The notes under the pieces: generated by a model | What the model was told of the DNA's origin: nothing | The model's database searches: none | The model's input: only the letters and a program-made list of their open reading frames with translations | Shown here: piece after piece, positions 15,086 to 25,090 of the stretch | Position numbering within the stretch: position 1 is the first letter of the stretch | How the letters are laid out: each line of letters opens with the position of its first letter | Translations under genes and position numbers: made by a program | DNA from: Nautiliaceae bacterium | GTDB lineage: Bacteria; Campylobacterota; Campylobacteria; Campylobacterales; Nautiliaceae | Direction: 5' to 3' | DNA length: 64,000 bases | NCBI GenBank assembly: GCA_039831155.1 | Contig: JBDONT010000009.1 | Coordinates: 1-64,000 of the forward strand

Positions 15086-17704
15086 TTATTTAAGTTCCCC
15101 CCATCTTTTACCAAAACTTATACCTACTTTTAAAGGCACTTTTAGTTTAAATACGTTTTGCATAATTTCCTGGTATTGATACGCTTCTTCTTTTGATGTT
15201 ATATCAAAAATTAGTTCGTCGTGGATTTGTAAAATCATTTTGGATTTTGGGAATTGGGTTTTTATCTCTAACATCGCTTTTTTAATGATATCCGCCGCAC
15301 TTCCTTGGAAAATCGTATTTACGGCTTCCCTTTCGAAGTTTGCTATAGTCCTTGCGTTTGCCGCTGCAAAATCAAAAAATCTTCTTCTTTTAAGAAGAGT
15401 TTCAACATATCCTCTCTCTCTTGCCAGGGCTTTTGTTTTTTCCAAAAAGCTTTTAACGGTAGGGAAAGTGGCGAAATATTTTTCGATAAACTCTTTTGCC
15501 TCTTTTGTGGAGACGTTTATGGTTTCACTAAGTTTTTTAGGTCCCATTCCGTAAATAAGTCCGAAGTTTATCGATTTTGCTATGTGGCGTTTTTCTTTGG
15601 CTTTTTCTTCTCCGAAGATTTTTATAGCCGTTTCAAGGTGAATGTCTTTATCTTCTAAAAAGGCGTTTATTAAATGTTCGTCTTCACTGAAATGAGCGAG
15701 AAGCCTTAATTCTATTTGAGAGTAATCAAGGCTTACGAATAGGTTTTGGGCTATGAAGGCTTCACGAATGTTTATATCTGTTGATGTAGGGATGTTTTGG
15801 AGGTTCGGGTTTTTGCTAGATAGTCTTCCGGTAGCCGTTCCGGTTTGTAAAAAGTTTGTGTAGATTTTATGGTTTTTGTCTTTTTTTGCATATTCTTGAA
15901 GAGGTAAAATGTAAGTGTTTAGAAGTTTTTCAAGTTTTCTGTATTCTAAGATTTTCGGAATTATAGGATGGGTTTTTTTTAAAGAGTTTAAGACTTTTTC
16001 ATCTGTAGAATAGCCGGTTTTTGTTTTTTTCTTTGCCGGAAGTTTTAAGACTTCAAATAAAACATAAGAGAGTTGTTTTGTGGATTTGATGTTAAATTCT
16101 CTTCCTGCTAAAGAGTATATCTCTTTTGTAAGCTCTTCAAGTTTTGAAGAAACTTTTTTTTCAAGGGTTTGCATATATTCGATATCTAGTGTGATTCCCT
16201 CAAGTTCCATATCTATTAAAAGATTTATAAAAGGCATTTCAATGTTTTCTATATCCCATTTAATCTCATCCCATATTTTTTCTTTTAATAATTTATAGAG
16301 TTTTAGAGTGATTATTGCATCTTCTGCTGCGTATTTTGTAGCTTCTTTTATATCTACTTCGGAGAAGTTTTTGTTTTTACCTACGACTTCTTTGTATTTT
16401 ATGTTTTGGTGGTTTAGGTATCTTTTTGCTACACTATCAAGTCCTACTGGTGAATCCGGGTCTAAAATCCACGCCAAAATCATCGTATCGGATAGAGGGG
16501 TGGGGGTTTTTAGGTTGTATTTTCTTAACATTTTAAAATCGAATTTTAAGTTATGGCCTATTACTTTTTTTTGCAAAATAAGTTCTATGGCTTTTAGGGC
16601 ACTTTCTTGATTGATTTGTTGGGTAACTCCTAAATAAAAATGGTTTATCGGTACATAGTAGGCTTTGTTTTCTTCAAAAGCGAAGCTAAATCCTACGATA
16701 TTAGGATTTTCAAGAGAGTCGGTTTCCGTATCAAAAGCTACTATTTTATCTCCTATTTTTTCTATCGTTTCGAAAAGCTCTTTTTCGTTTTCGATTAAAA
16801 CGGCGTCAAATTTTATTTGGCTGTTTGGCATTTGGGTTTTGACATAAAGCCCTTCTTTTTTTACTCTGTTTAAAACCGAAGTTATATCCAAATCCATAAG
16901 TTTATCGGCTACTTTTAAAATAGGGTTTATTTGAGGGTATTTAAACTCTTCTAAGTTTATATTATCAAAAAGGTCTGTTTTTAGGGTTACCAGTTTTCTG
17001 CTTAAAAACGCGTTTTCTTTGCCTTCTAGCAGTTTTTTCTTTAAAGCCCCTTTTATTTCGTCTATGTGAGCATATATGTTTTCTAGGGTGTGGTATTTGT
17101 TTATAAGTTTTGCGGCGGTTTTTACTCCTATTCCTTTAACGCCCGGGATATTGTCGCTGCTATCTCCCACAAGTGCTTGGAAATTAGTAAAGTCTTTAGG
17201 GTGAACTCCGAATTTTTCCATACATTTTTGTTCGTTTATTTCTACTTTTTTGATAGGGTCGAAAATTACTATTTTATCGTCGTCTATTAGCTGGTACATA
17301 TCTTTATCGTGGCTTACTATTTTAACTTTTATGCCTTTGCTTGCCGCTAGTTTTGCAAGACTTGCTATTATATCGTCGCTTTCGTATCCCGGTATTTCTA
17401 GCATTTTAAAGCCCATATCTTTTATAAGCTCAACGGCTACGGGAAGTTGGGCTTTTAGCTCTTGAGGGGCTTCCGGGCGGTTGGCTTTGTAGTCTTTGAA
17501 AATCTCTTTTCTGAATGTCTCTTTTTCTTTACTGTCTAAAGTAAAGACGATATAGTCCGTTTCAAAATCTCTTCCAAGCGAAGCTATAAAGTTTAAAAAC
17601 CCGGTTAGCATTCCGGTTGGAAAGCCTTTTTTGCTTTTTAGAGGAGGAAGGGCATAAAAGTTTCTAAATAAAAATCCGAAAGTATCGATTATAGTTAAAG
17701 TCAT
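15086..17704 (-). CDS. polA: DNA polymerase I
   Basis: 5'-3' exo (YKANR, GDSSDNIPGV), 3'-5' exo (FDTET), polymerase motifs DYSQIELR, KSINFGLIYG, QIHDEL. Confidence 0.99.
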   Translation of the reverse strand: MTLTIIDTFGFLFRNFYALPPLKSKKGFPTGMLTGFLNFIASLGRDFETDYIVFTLDSKEKETFRKEIFKDYKANRPEAPQELKAQLPVAVELIKDMGFKMLEIPGYESDDIIASLAKLAASKGIKVKIVSHDKDMYQLIDDDKIVIFDPIKKVEINEQKCMEKFGVHPKDFTNFQALVGDSSDNIPGVKGIGVKTAAKLINKYHTLENIYAHIDEIKGALKKKLLEGKENAFLSRKLVTLKTDLFDNINLEEFKYPQINPILKVADKLMDLDITSVLNRVKKEGLYVKTQMPNSQIKFDAVLIENEKELFETIEKIGDKIVAFDTETDSLENPNIVGFSFAFEENKAYYVPINHFYLGVTQQINQESALKAIELILQKKVIGHNLKFDFKMLRKYNLKTPTPLSDTMILAWILDPDSPVGLDSVAKRYLNHQNIKYKEVVGKNKNFSEVDIKEATKYAAEDAIITLKLYKLLKEKIWDEIKWDIENIEMPFINLLIDMELEGITLDIEYMQTLEKKVSSKLEELTKEIYSLAGREFNIKSTKQLSYVLFEVLKLPAKKKTKTGYSTDEKVLNSLKKTHPIIPKILEYRKLEKLLNTYILPLQEYAKKDKNHKIYTNFLQTGTATGRLSSKNPNLQNIPTSTDINIREAFIAQNLFVSLDYSQIELRLLAHFSEDEHLINAFLEDKDIHLETAIKIFGEEKAKEKRHIAKSINFGLIYGMGPKKLSETINVSTKEAKEFIEKYFATFPTVKSFLEKTKALARERGYVETLLKRRRFFDFAAANARTIANFEREAVNTIFQGSAADIIKKAMLEIKTQFPKSKMILQIHDELIFDITSKEEAYQYQEIMQNVFKLKVPLKVGISFGKRWGELK

Positions 17705-17754
17705 AAAAAAACCTTTTTTGATAAAATGTTAACATAAATTTACAAGGAGTTATT

Positions 17755-19914
17755 TTGCAGCCTATAAAAATTATTAATTTAAAAGCGGCGGTTAGCAAGA
17801 TTAGATATATAGGAGAGGGGAGAATTTGTGTAGTTGATGAGGATAATACGGTTAGAATTTACGATTTGAAAGAGTTTAAATTAGTAGGGGGATTTAGAAT
17901 TAAACTTCCTAAAAATAATGTTTTTTCAAATGAAACTTCTATTTCTAAAAACGGTAATTTCGTAGCTATTGCCGTAAGAGGAAAACATAAAGCGACTGTT
18001 TGGGATGTAAATAAAAAACAACTTTTATATACGCTAGGTTGGCATAAGGGAGATATATTAAGTGTGGATTTCGATTCGGAAGAGAAGTATCTTTTAAGCG
18101 GAGGAGAAGACGGAAGAGCTTATATGTGGTCTATGAAAACGGGGAAAATGGTCTCGTCTTTGCCTCCTCACGCAGATTACGTAACAAGTGTCGCTTTTTC
18201 TAAAAATTCTTTGTGGGCGGCTACCGGAAGTTACGATAAATCGGTTTGTATTACGAATATATCCTCAATGGGGGTAAGTTATAAAAAAAGAGTCCACAAA
18301 GGTGCTGTTACTTGTTTGAAATTTTTAAGTAAACAAAAACTTATAAGCGGCGATAAAAGCGGAGAGATGGCTTTATGGAATTATGCTAAAGGAACGGTTG
18401 AGAATAGATTTATCGGTATGACGGATATGATAGTTAGCGTTGTTTTCGATGTAAATGAAGAGTATATGTTTGTTGTGGCTAAAGGAAATAAAAAAATAGC
18501 TCTTTATTCTTTAAAAAATAGCGAATTAATAACGGATTCTTTTATTAAAGTGCTTGAAACTCCTAGTGAATTGGAGTATATAGCGGAGTTTAATTATCTG
18601 GTAATAGGGACTGTTGACGGAAATATATATGTTTATGATTTGTATTCGGATGAGAAAAGATTAATTTCGTTTATTTCTTCCAACGATTTGTCCGCGGCTT
18701 ATGAATTGGTAATCCGTAATCCTTTTTTAAAATCTACGAAAACATATGAACTTATGGAAAAGAAATGGGAAGAAATTTTAAGTAAATCTCAACAACTTTT
18801 GGAAAGAGGAGAAATAAACGCCGCAAAACAGATATTGTCTCCTTATTTAAAAGTGGCTTTAAAAAGAAATTTTATTCAATCTTTAATTAACGATTTTAAC
18901 GAATTCGAAAAATTTAAAAACGCGGTAATAAATAAAAGATATCCTTTAGCTTACTCTATAGCCGCAAAATATCCTTTTTTAAAAAATACAGTTTATTATA
19001 AAAAAATGGAGAATATTTGGAAACAGGCCTTTAATAAAGCTAAAACTTTGATTATGAAAAAAGGAAGTGACGAAGAAGTAAAAGAGCTTTTAAAGCCTTT
19101 TAGAGGAGTTACTCAAAAGACTCCTTTTATTCAGTCTCTTTTTAATCAAAAACAACTCTTTCATCTTTTGTCCCAAAAGCTTGCTAAAAGGGATTTTACC
19201 GAATTTTTTATGTTGGTAAACAGATACCCTTTTTTATCGGAAAGCGAAGAGTATCAAAAAGCGGTTTTATACGGAGAAAATTTACTGAAAAAAGCTTACG
19301 AGTTGTTAAAAAAGGGAGAATATAAAAAAGTATTGCATATAGCGGAGATGTTAAAAAGTTTTCCTAATTATAAAGAAGAAGTGAAAGAGTTGGAAAAACA
19401 AGCCGAAACTCTTATAGAGTTTCACAGACTTTTAGCCGAAAAAGATTTTAGTAAAATAGAAAAATTCGTATACGAACATCCGTTTTTAGAAGATAACGAA
19501 GATTATAAAAAATTGCAAAAAGAGTGGTCGGAGGCACTTGAAAGAGCCGAAAAATTTGCTTCTAAAGGAGATATATCAAGTATTTTCGAAACTGTTAAAC
19601 CTTATATAAATGTAAAAGTAAAAGCGGCGAAAATAGGTCAAATTTTAAGAAGTGCTTATTTAAATCAGATTTTATCTTTGCTTGCTAAAGTTTTAAAAGG
19701 AGAAAAAAAAGAGACTATTCAAGCTTATCTTCAAAAAGCGGTTGATAATTATATTAAACTTTTCGGATACGATTCGGAGATAGAAGATTTAGTGCAAAAA
19801 GCTAATAAATTGGGTATGAAAGTAAAAATTTTTCACACTAACGAATCGAACGTTTTAAATTGGGTTTCTTATAAACTTCCACCTAAAATCTGGAACGATT
19901 TAAAAGAGGTTTAA
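17755..19914 (+). CDS. WD40-repeat protein with C-terminal alpha-helical region
   Basis: Repeated H-x-G-D/SGGEDG/TGSYDK/SGDKSG WD40 units in first ~300 aa. Confidence 0.85.
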   Translation: MQPIKIINLKAAVSKIRYIGEGRICVVDEDNTVRIYDLKEFKLVGGFRIKLPKNNVFSNETSISKNGNFVAIAVRGKHKATVWDVNKKQLLYTLGWHKGDILSVDFDSEEKYLLSGGEDGRAYMWSMKTGKMVSSLPPHADYVTSVAFSKNSLWAATGSYDKSVCITNISSMGVSYKKRVHKGAVTCLKFLSKQKLISGDKSGEMALWNYAKGTVENRFIGMTDMIVSVVFDVNEEYMFVVAKGNKKIALYSLKNSELITDSFIKVLETPSELEYIAEFNYLVIGTVDGNIYVYDLYSDEKRLISFISSNDLSAAYELVIRNPFLKSTKTYELMEKKWEEILSKSQQLLERGEINAAKQILSPYLKVALKRNFIQSLINDFNEFEKFKNAVINKRYPLAYSIAAKYPFLKNTVYYKKMENIWKQAFNKAKTLIMKKGSDEEVKELLKPFRGVTQKTPFIQSLFNQKQLFHLLSQKLAKRDFTEFFMLVNRYPFLSESEEYQKAVLYGENLLKKAYELLKKGEYKKVLHIAEMLKSFPNYKEEVKELEKQAETLIEFHRLLAEKDFSKIEKFVYEHPFLEDNEDYKKLQKEWSEALERAEKFASKGDISSIFETVKPYINVKVKAAKIGQILRSAYLNQILSLLAKVLKGEKKETIQAYLQKAVDNYIKLFGYDSEIEDLVQKANKLGMKVKIFHTNESNVLNWVSYKLPPKIWNDLKEV

Positions 19915-20386
19915 TTTTTTTAAACTCTTCTTGAGTGTTTATGTTAAATGTGTTTTTAATTTCTGTTTTTTTAGGATTTATCGGAAAAACTCTTAAGGAG
20001 GTAAAATTTTTAAGCATTGTGTAGTCGTAGTATCCTATTAAGGGGTTGTCTTTTGCGACGGCTTTTTGTTTTAAAAGTTTTTGTAAAGACTTGATATCTA
20101 CAAACGGAGTATCCACACTTAAGACAAATACTTTTTTGTGTTTTTTTATTATCTCTTTTAAAGCGAAAACGGGAGCGTAAGTTTTTGATTTTTCTATAAA
20201 AAAGGGATAGTTTTTAAATTTTTTTTCTTTTGCTACGAAGTAGACGTTTTTAAATAGTTTTTTACATTTTTTGTATTGGGACTTGTAAAAGAGTTTGGAT
20301 TTGTCTTTTTTAAATCTGGATGATTTTCCTCCTACTAAAATAAAACATGGGATATTAGTCTCTTTTGAATATCCCACTTTTCCCAC
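19883..20386 (-). CDS. mobA: Molybdenum cofactor guanylyltransferase (short MobA-like; start uncertain)
   Basis: [23 protein letters not shown]; downstream of moaC. Confidence 0.8.
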   Translation of the reverse strand: MGKVGYSKETNIPCFILVGGKSSRFKKDKSKLFYKSQYKKCKKLFKNVYFVAKEKKFKNYPFFIEKSKTYAPVFALKEIIKKHKKVFVLSVDTPFVDIKSLQKLLKQKAVAKDNPLIGYYDYTMLKNFTSLRVFPINPKKTEIKNTFNINTQEEFKKIKPLLNRSRF

Positions 20387-20819
20387 CCTCTTTATATAAA
20401 AGTTTAATATCGCTTATAACCATTTCTCTATCTATAGCCTTTGCCATATCGTAAATTGTTAAAAGTCCTATTGAAGTTGCCGTTAGGGCTTCCATTTCTA
20501 TACCGGTTTTGGATGAGGTTTTTGCAGTAACTTTTATTTCGAATCCTTCTTCAAACTCTTCCACATCAACATCCACGCCGTCAATTAGTATGTTATGACA
20601 CATAGGGATTAATTCGCTTGTTTTTTTACTTCCCATAATAGCCGCTATTATTGCAGTTTGAAGTACGGCTCCTTTTTTTGTTTTTTCGTTTAAGATAGCC
20701 TCTTTTGTCTCTTTTTTCATATATATTTTTCCACTTGCTATTGCTACTCTTTTGGTAACTTCCTTATCTCCTACATCTACCATTTTTGGATTGTGTTTTT
20801 CGTTTATGTGTGTTAGCAT
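20355..20819 (-). CDS. moaC: Cyclic pyranopterin monophosphate synthase MoaC
   Basis: [34 protein letters not shown]. Confidence 0.98.
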   Translation of the reverse strand: MLTHINEKHNPKMVDVGDKEVTKRVAIASGKIYMKKETKEAILNEKTKKGAVLQTAIIAAIMGSKKTSELIPMCHNILIDGVDVDVEEFEEGFEIKVTAKTSSKTGIEMEALTATSIGLLTIYDMAKAIDREMVISDIKLLYKEGGKSGIFKRD

Positions 20820-20850
20820 TCTAAATCCTTTTTTAAAATGATACTAAATA

Positions 20851-22815
20851 TTAGCCCTGTTTCATATCAATAGCTCTTTTTATCATCTCGTCGCTTGTTG
20901 TAACGGCTTTTGCCGCGGATGAAAAGGCTTTTTGAGTTACTATAAGTTCGGTCATAGCTTGAGTAAAATTGACGTTTGAGTCTTCAAGAGTGGATGAGAG
21001 TACTTTAGCCCCGGGTATATAGGTGTTGTTGTTTTGGTATAAAAACGCTTGATTTGAATTATCGGTTTGTTTGAAAAGACTATCTCCCATACTCTCAAGA
21101 CCTTGGTCGTTTTGAAAATGAAATATCGGAATTTGACCGAACGTTACGGTTTGATTGTTGGAAAAAATCCCTTTTATTTCTCCGTTTTCGGTTATTTCAT
21201 AATTTTTTAAATGTCCCTCTTCCATGCCGTCTTGTTCGAACGTATAGGTAGGTGCGTTTTGGTCTTTTTGGTATGCGGTAAGGTTTAAAGTAAGAGTTAT
21301 ATTTTGAGGAGAAGATATTTTTACGGTATTTGAGGAGACTAAGTTTCCTAGCGAATTAAAAGTAAAATCTTGGGTTTGAGATGATATTAAATTACCTTCG
21401 TTGTCCGAAATATTAATTTTTCCTTCCCAAATAATAGAATCGTTTAAAACTTCTTTTTTCGTAAAAGTAACGGATAAAGTGTTTTTATTGCCGTTTGTAT
21501 CGTAAATCACTCCTCCGAAACTTTGAGAATTCGATAAAAACTCCGAACTTTTCGCACTTGTGCGGGCTATTATTGTATTTGCCGCATTGTATAGATTATT
21601 AAAAAATTCTTCGTTTGTATTCGAAGCTTTCAAAATTCTAGTGTCTATCGTATCATTTGATAAATTACTGACCGTAATCTGTCCGTTATCTTCTAGATAT
21701 ACTTTACTCATACTGGGATAAACGTCGTTTAGTACGCTTTGCATTTGGGATATTAAATCGTTTACGGTTGAGAATTCGTTATTGTTTATAGGGTTGTTTT
21801 TATAAACTAATACTTTAGCTTCTGAACTTTTGGTAAATAATGAGTTTGATATTAGTTTTAAATCGTTATCGGTTGTTGAGAATGTAATTCCGTTTGTTGT
21901 TTTTTCGTATTTGATGTTTGCTTCTTGTAGTTTGGTTGAAATATCCGGGCTTTGGAGGTAATTATATAAAGCGTTTTGAATCTCTTCTTTTGTAGAACCG
22001 TCCGGGAGGTTTAATTTTATATCAACCCCATTTACGCTAAAGTCTATATTTACTTCTTTTCCGTCTTTAAAATCATCGTTAATACAAACTTCTCTTGATA
22101 AAACGCCGTTTGAATAATCGCTTTTTTCTCCTACATTATATACGAAGTCGTCATAATCTCTTATATTCATATTTTCGCCGTCTTTATTGTAAAGGGCACT
22201 AAAGTAACTATTCGTTGAAGCAGGTTTAACGGATCTTATTTGATTTGCATCGTTTAAATTTGTAGCGATTTTTACGTTTTTGGTTGCAAGTGCGGGAAGG
22301 ATTACGTTATTAGGAAGAGATATTTTTGATAGAGGTTTTGTTTGGGTTAGGTTTGTCGTGTCAACGTTTCTATCCACTATATAGCCGTTTTGAGTTGGAA
22401 TTAGATTGTTTGCGTTTGCTACTAGTAAATATCCTCCGTTATCGTTTACCAAATCACCGTTTGCGTCTCTTGTAAAACTTCCGGTTCTTGAATAAAAAGT
22501 CTGATTGTTTTTTAAAATTCTAAACCAACCTTCGCCATCTAATGCCAAATCGAAAGGATTGTCGGTTTTTATTAAGCTGCCTTGAGAAGTGTCCATAGCA
22601 GTTGATGAAAGTTTAGAACCTATTCCTATATCTGAACTTACGGCGTTGGTTCCTAAAGTCTGGGCAAAAAGCGTAGAAAATTCGGGGATACTTTTTTTAT
22701 ATCCTACGGTATTTACGTTTGATATATTATCTCCCCAGATATCTATTCCGTTTTGAAAACTTTTAAGTCCTATAACTCCGTTATAAAAAGATGTCGTCAT
22801 CTTTATCCTTGCCAC
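20851..22815 (-). CDS. flgE: Flagellar hook protein FlgE family (true start probably ATG ~22800)
   Basis: NISNVNTVGYK, FDLALDGEGWF, SRTGSF, LEDSNVNFTQAMTELIVTQKAF; follows flgD. Confidence 0.9.
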   Translation of the reverse strand: MARIKMTTSFYNGVIGLKSFQNGIDIWGDNISNVNTVGYKKSIPEFSTLFAQTLGTNAVSSDIGIGSKLSSTAMDTSQGSLIKTDNPFDLALDGEGWFRILKNNQTFYSRTGSFTRDANGDLVNDNGGYLLVANANNLIPTQNGYIVDRNVDTTNLTQTKPLSKISLPNNVILPALATKNVKIATNLNDANQIRSVKPASTNSYFSALYNKDGENMNIRDYDDFVYNVGEKSDYSNGVLSREVCINDDFKDGKEVNIDFSVNGVDIKLNLPDGSTKEEIQNALYNYLQSPDISTKLQEANIKYEKTTNGITFSTTDNDLKLISNSLFTKSSEAKVLVYKNNPINNNEFSTVNDLISQMQSVLNDVYPSMSKVYLEDNGQITVSNLSNDTIDTRILKASNTNEEFFNNLYNAANTIIARTSAKSSEFLSNSQSFGGVIYDTNGNKNTLSVTFTKKEVLNDSIIWEGKINISDNEGNLISSQTQDFTFNSLGNLVSSNTVKISSPQNITLTLNLTAYQKDQNAPTYTFEQDGMEEGHLKNYEITENGEIKGIFSNNQTVTFGQIPIFHFQNDQGLESMGDSLFKQTDNSNQAFLYQNNNTYIPGAKVLSSTLEDSNVNFTQAMTELIVTQKAFSSAAKAVTTSDEMIKRAIDMKQG

Positions 22816-23468
22816 TCGTATATTTCTTGAATTTCACTAAACGGATAGTAATTATTTCCCAATTTTGCGTAAGGCTCTCCGTTTTCGAATTTTACGGATT
22901 CAATTGGATAGGCTCCCAGTTTCGTTTCGTGTTCGGTGCCGTCCGGTGATGTATAAGTTGCCGTTACTTCGTATGTATCGCTAGGTACTCTCTCTCCATT
23001 GTCTCCTATTAAATCCCAATCGAAGTTTAATACGCCTTTTGTATGGGCTTCTAGAGGAAATGTTTTTACTACGTTTCCGGATTTGTCTTTTATTTGAATT
23101 TCTCCGTTTGAGATGTCGTCTCCGAAGTATAAATCAAAATTAATACTGCTGTCATCGTCCGTTACGTTTATGTATCTGTATCCGGTATCTCCCATTTTAC
23201 CGATAGCGGCTATTGTATTAAACTGTGTTGAAGTGCTTAGGGTTTTATTTAAAGAATCAAGGGTTGTTTGCATATTTTGGTTCATTTCCATTGTGGATAG
23301 TTGAGCTGTTTGCTCCAGCATTTTATCTGTATCCATAGGGTCTGTAGGGTCTTGGTATTGAAGTTCGGTTAAAAATAGTTGCATAAATTGGTCGTTTGTT
23401 AGTTGAGAGTTCGGGTTGTATACGAAATCACTTGTAGAAGTTGTTTGAGATACTGAAGTAACTGCCAT
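22803..23468 (-). CDS. flgD: Flagellar hook capping protein FlgD
   Basis: FMQLFLTELQYQDPTDPMD..QTAQLSTME. Confidence 0.95.
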   Translation of the reverse strand: MAVTSVSQTTSTSDFVYNPNSQLTNDQFMQLFLTELQYQDPTDPMDTDKMLEQTAQLSTMEMNQNMQTTLDSLNKTLSTSTQFNTIAAIGKMGDTGYRYINVTDDDSSINFDLYFGDDISNGEIQIKDKSGNVVKTFPLEAHTKGVLNFDWDLIGDNGERVPSDTYEVTATYTSPDGTEHETKLGAYPIESVKFENGEPYAKLGNNYYPFSEIQEIYEWQG

Positions 23469-23491
23469 AGTAAACCTTTTTTGTTTAATTA

Positions 23492-23507
23492 AGCAAAAAG
23501 TGTGCCG
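23492..23507 (-). promoter_or_regulatory. sigma54 (-24/-12) promoter of flgDE
   Basis: Minus strand CGGCAC-ACTTT-TTGCT (GG-N10-GC) ~24 nt upstream of flgD. Confidence 0.8.
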
Positions 23508-24761
23508 TTAGGCGTATTGATAAGGTATTTCTATTATTAGTTCTTCATCTTCTTGAGTATATTTTTTTTGTTGGTTTTGGTTGTTGTGTTTTTGTTGCTG
23601 ATTTTGGCTGTTTGAATTAAAACTCATATTTACTTCGTTGTAGCCCATATTGATTAGGTTTTGTTTTAGTTCTTGTTGGTGGGTGTTTAAAAGGTTTATT
23701 GCCGTATTGTTTGAATTTATCTGAATTTGAAGATTGTCTCCTCTGTGAATTAGGGTGACTTCGACTTTTCCTATCTCTTTAGGATTCATTTCTATTGATA
23801 TTTTAGAAATTGGAGGTTTATACTCTTCGATGCTTTTTTGTAAGGATGTAGCGAAATGTTTTATTGTTTCTTTCGCTTTTTTGATGTTGGTTTTTAGTTC
23901 GTTTATAATATTAACGTTTTGCGGTCGGTTTTCTAAATGAGTGGTCGGGGGTTTTTGATTTTTAGTTTCTTTGCTGTCCGTTTTTTCGATTTTATCCGGT
24001 TTATTAAAATTTTTGTCCGTACTTTTCATATTTTCTTCAAGAGAGTTTAAACGGAAATTTTCCGTATTTTCTTGAGAATTTTTAGTCGAAAGTTTAGGAT
24101 GCTTTTTGGTGGAAGAATCTTTTTGTAGTAAAACGGATAGGGCGGAGGGTAAAGAATTTAATTTTTTATTTTGAGATTGATGTTTAGGGATTTCGGTTTT
24201 TTTTAGATTAAGAGTTGTTATTTTGGGTTTGGGAGAATTGATTTTTAGTTGCAATTTTGATTTTGAAGTATTGTTTTTAGAATGTTCGATTACTATTTTT
24301 TTAATATTTAATTTTTTCTTATCGGCAAAAGCGATTAATTCTTTAAAAGATTTAATATTTTGAAACTCTTTAGTTTCTTTTTCGTTTAATATTGTATATT
24401 TTAACTTTATTTCCGATTCGACTATTTTTTTTGTAAATTCAAGTTTCTCCTCTTTGGATAGGGTTTGAAGTTGGGTGGATGTATTTAGTATTTTTAAAAT
24501 TTCTTCTTGAGTAATTTGTGAGAGTGGATTTTGTAAATGCTGGTTATTTGATTTTTTCGGTTCTTTTGTAAGCGGTTTGTCTTCCGTTTTTTTTATATTC
24601 GTATCGATATTTAATTTTATACTTTTGGATGTTTTCGGGTTTTCTTTTGAGAGTTTTAATAATTCGTCTAAAAAGTTTATATTTTCGGAGTTGTTTTTTT
24701 TAGTTGATTTTTGTGGTTTTAAAGACAAAAGAGATTCCAATACCCCCTCGATTATCGACAT
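23508..24761 (-). CDS. fliK: Flagellar hook-length control protein FliK
   Basis: C-terminal IEMNPKEIGKVEV FliK domain, Q-rich tail; upstream of flgD. Confidence 0.9.
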   Translation of the reverse strand: MSIIEGVLESLLSLKPQKSTKKNNSENINFLDELLKLSKENPKTSKSIKLNIDTNIKKTEDKPLTKEPKKSNNQHLQNPLSQITQEEILKILNTSTQLQTLSKEEKLEFTKKIVESEIKLKYTILNEKETKEFQNIKSFKELIAFADKKKLNIKKIVIEHSKNNTSKSKLQLKINSPKPKITTLNLKKTEIPKHQSQNKKLNSLPSALSVLLQKDSSTKKHPKLSTKNSQENTENFRLNSLEENMKSTDKNFNKPDKIEKTDSKETKNQKPPTTHLENRPQNVNIINELKTNIKKAKETIKHFATSLQKSIEEYKPPISKISIEMNPKEIGKVEVTLIHRGDNLQIQINSNNTAINLLNTHQQELKQNLINMGYNEVNMSFNSNSQNQQQKHNNQNQQKKYTQEDEELIIEIPYQYA

Positions 24762-24783
24762 AAAAAAGCCTTTTTAGGAAACA

Positions 24784-24799
24784 AGCAAAACTTGTTCCT
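24784..24799 (-). promoter_or_regulatory. sigma54 promoter of fliK
   Basis: Minus strand AGGAAC-AAGTT-TTGCT (GG-N10-GC) ~23 nt upstream of fliK. Confidence 0.7.
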
Positions 24800-24805
24800 A
24801 AAAGA

Positions 24806-25090
24806 TTAAATTTTTTTTACGTTGAAGGTATGAATAAGGTTGAGGTTGTCTAAAAGTTCATATAAAATATCAGAACCTATTTCAAGTGAGATTTGTTTTC
24901 CTTCGTCTTTTAGTTTTACAAGATATCCTATAATACTACTTGGCATTCCGAAACTGTCTTTTACTTTAAGAATAATATAATCGCTGTCGATACTTTTTAA
25001 AGCGTCTATTACGCTTTCGGCGTTTGCTATGGTTTTAATTACACCTTCTATTTCTATCGTATTTCCGTGTTGATGAATATTAAATTCCAT
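24806..25090 (-). CDS. STAS-like anti-anti-sigma factor
   Basis: 94 aa, MPSSIIGYL resembling the STAS phospho-Ser motif; follows PP2C/kinase gene. Confidence 0.7.
   Translation of the reverse strand: MEFNIHQHGNTIEIEGVIKTIANAESVIDALKSIDSDYIILKVKDSFGMPSSIIGYLVKLKDEGKQISLEIGSDILYELLDNLNLIHTFNVKKI

Noticed and set aside
15240-17465. Several + strand ORFs antisense to polA, and similar short ORFs inside other genes
   Set aside because: Shadow frames of well-supported genes with no recognisable motifs
23540-23620. CAA-rich repeat in fliK
   Set aside because: Ordinary Q/N-rich FliK tail
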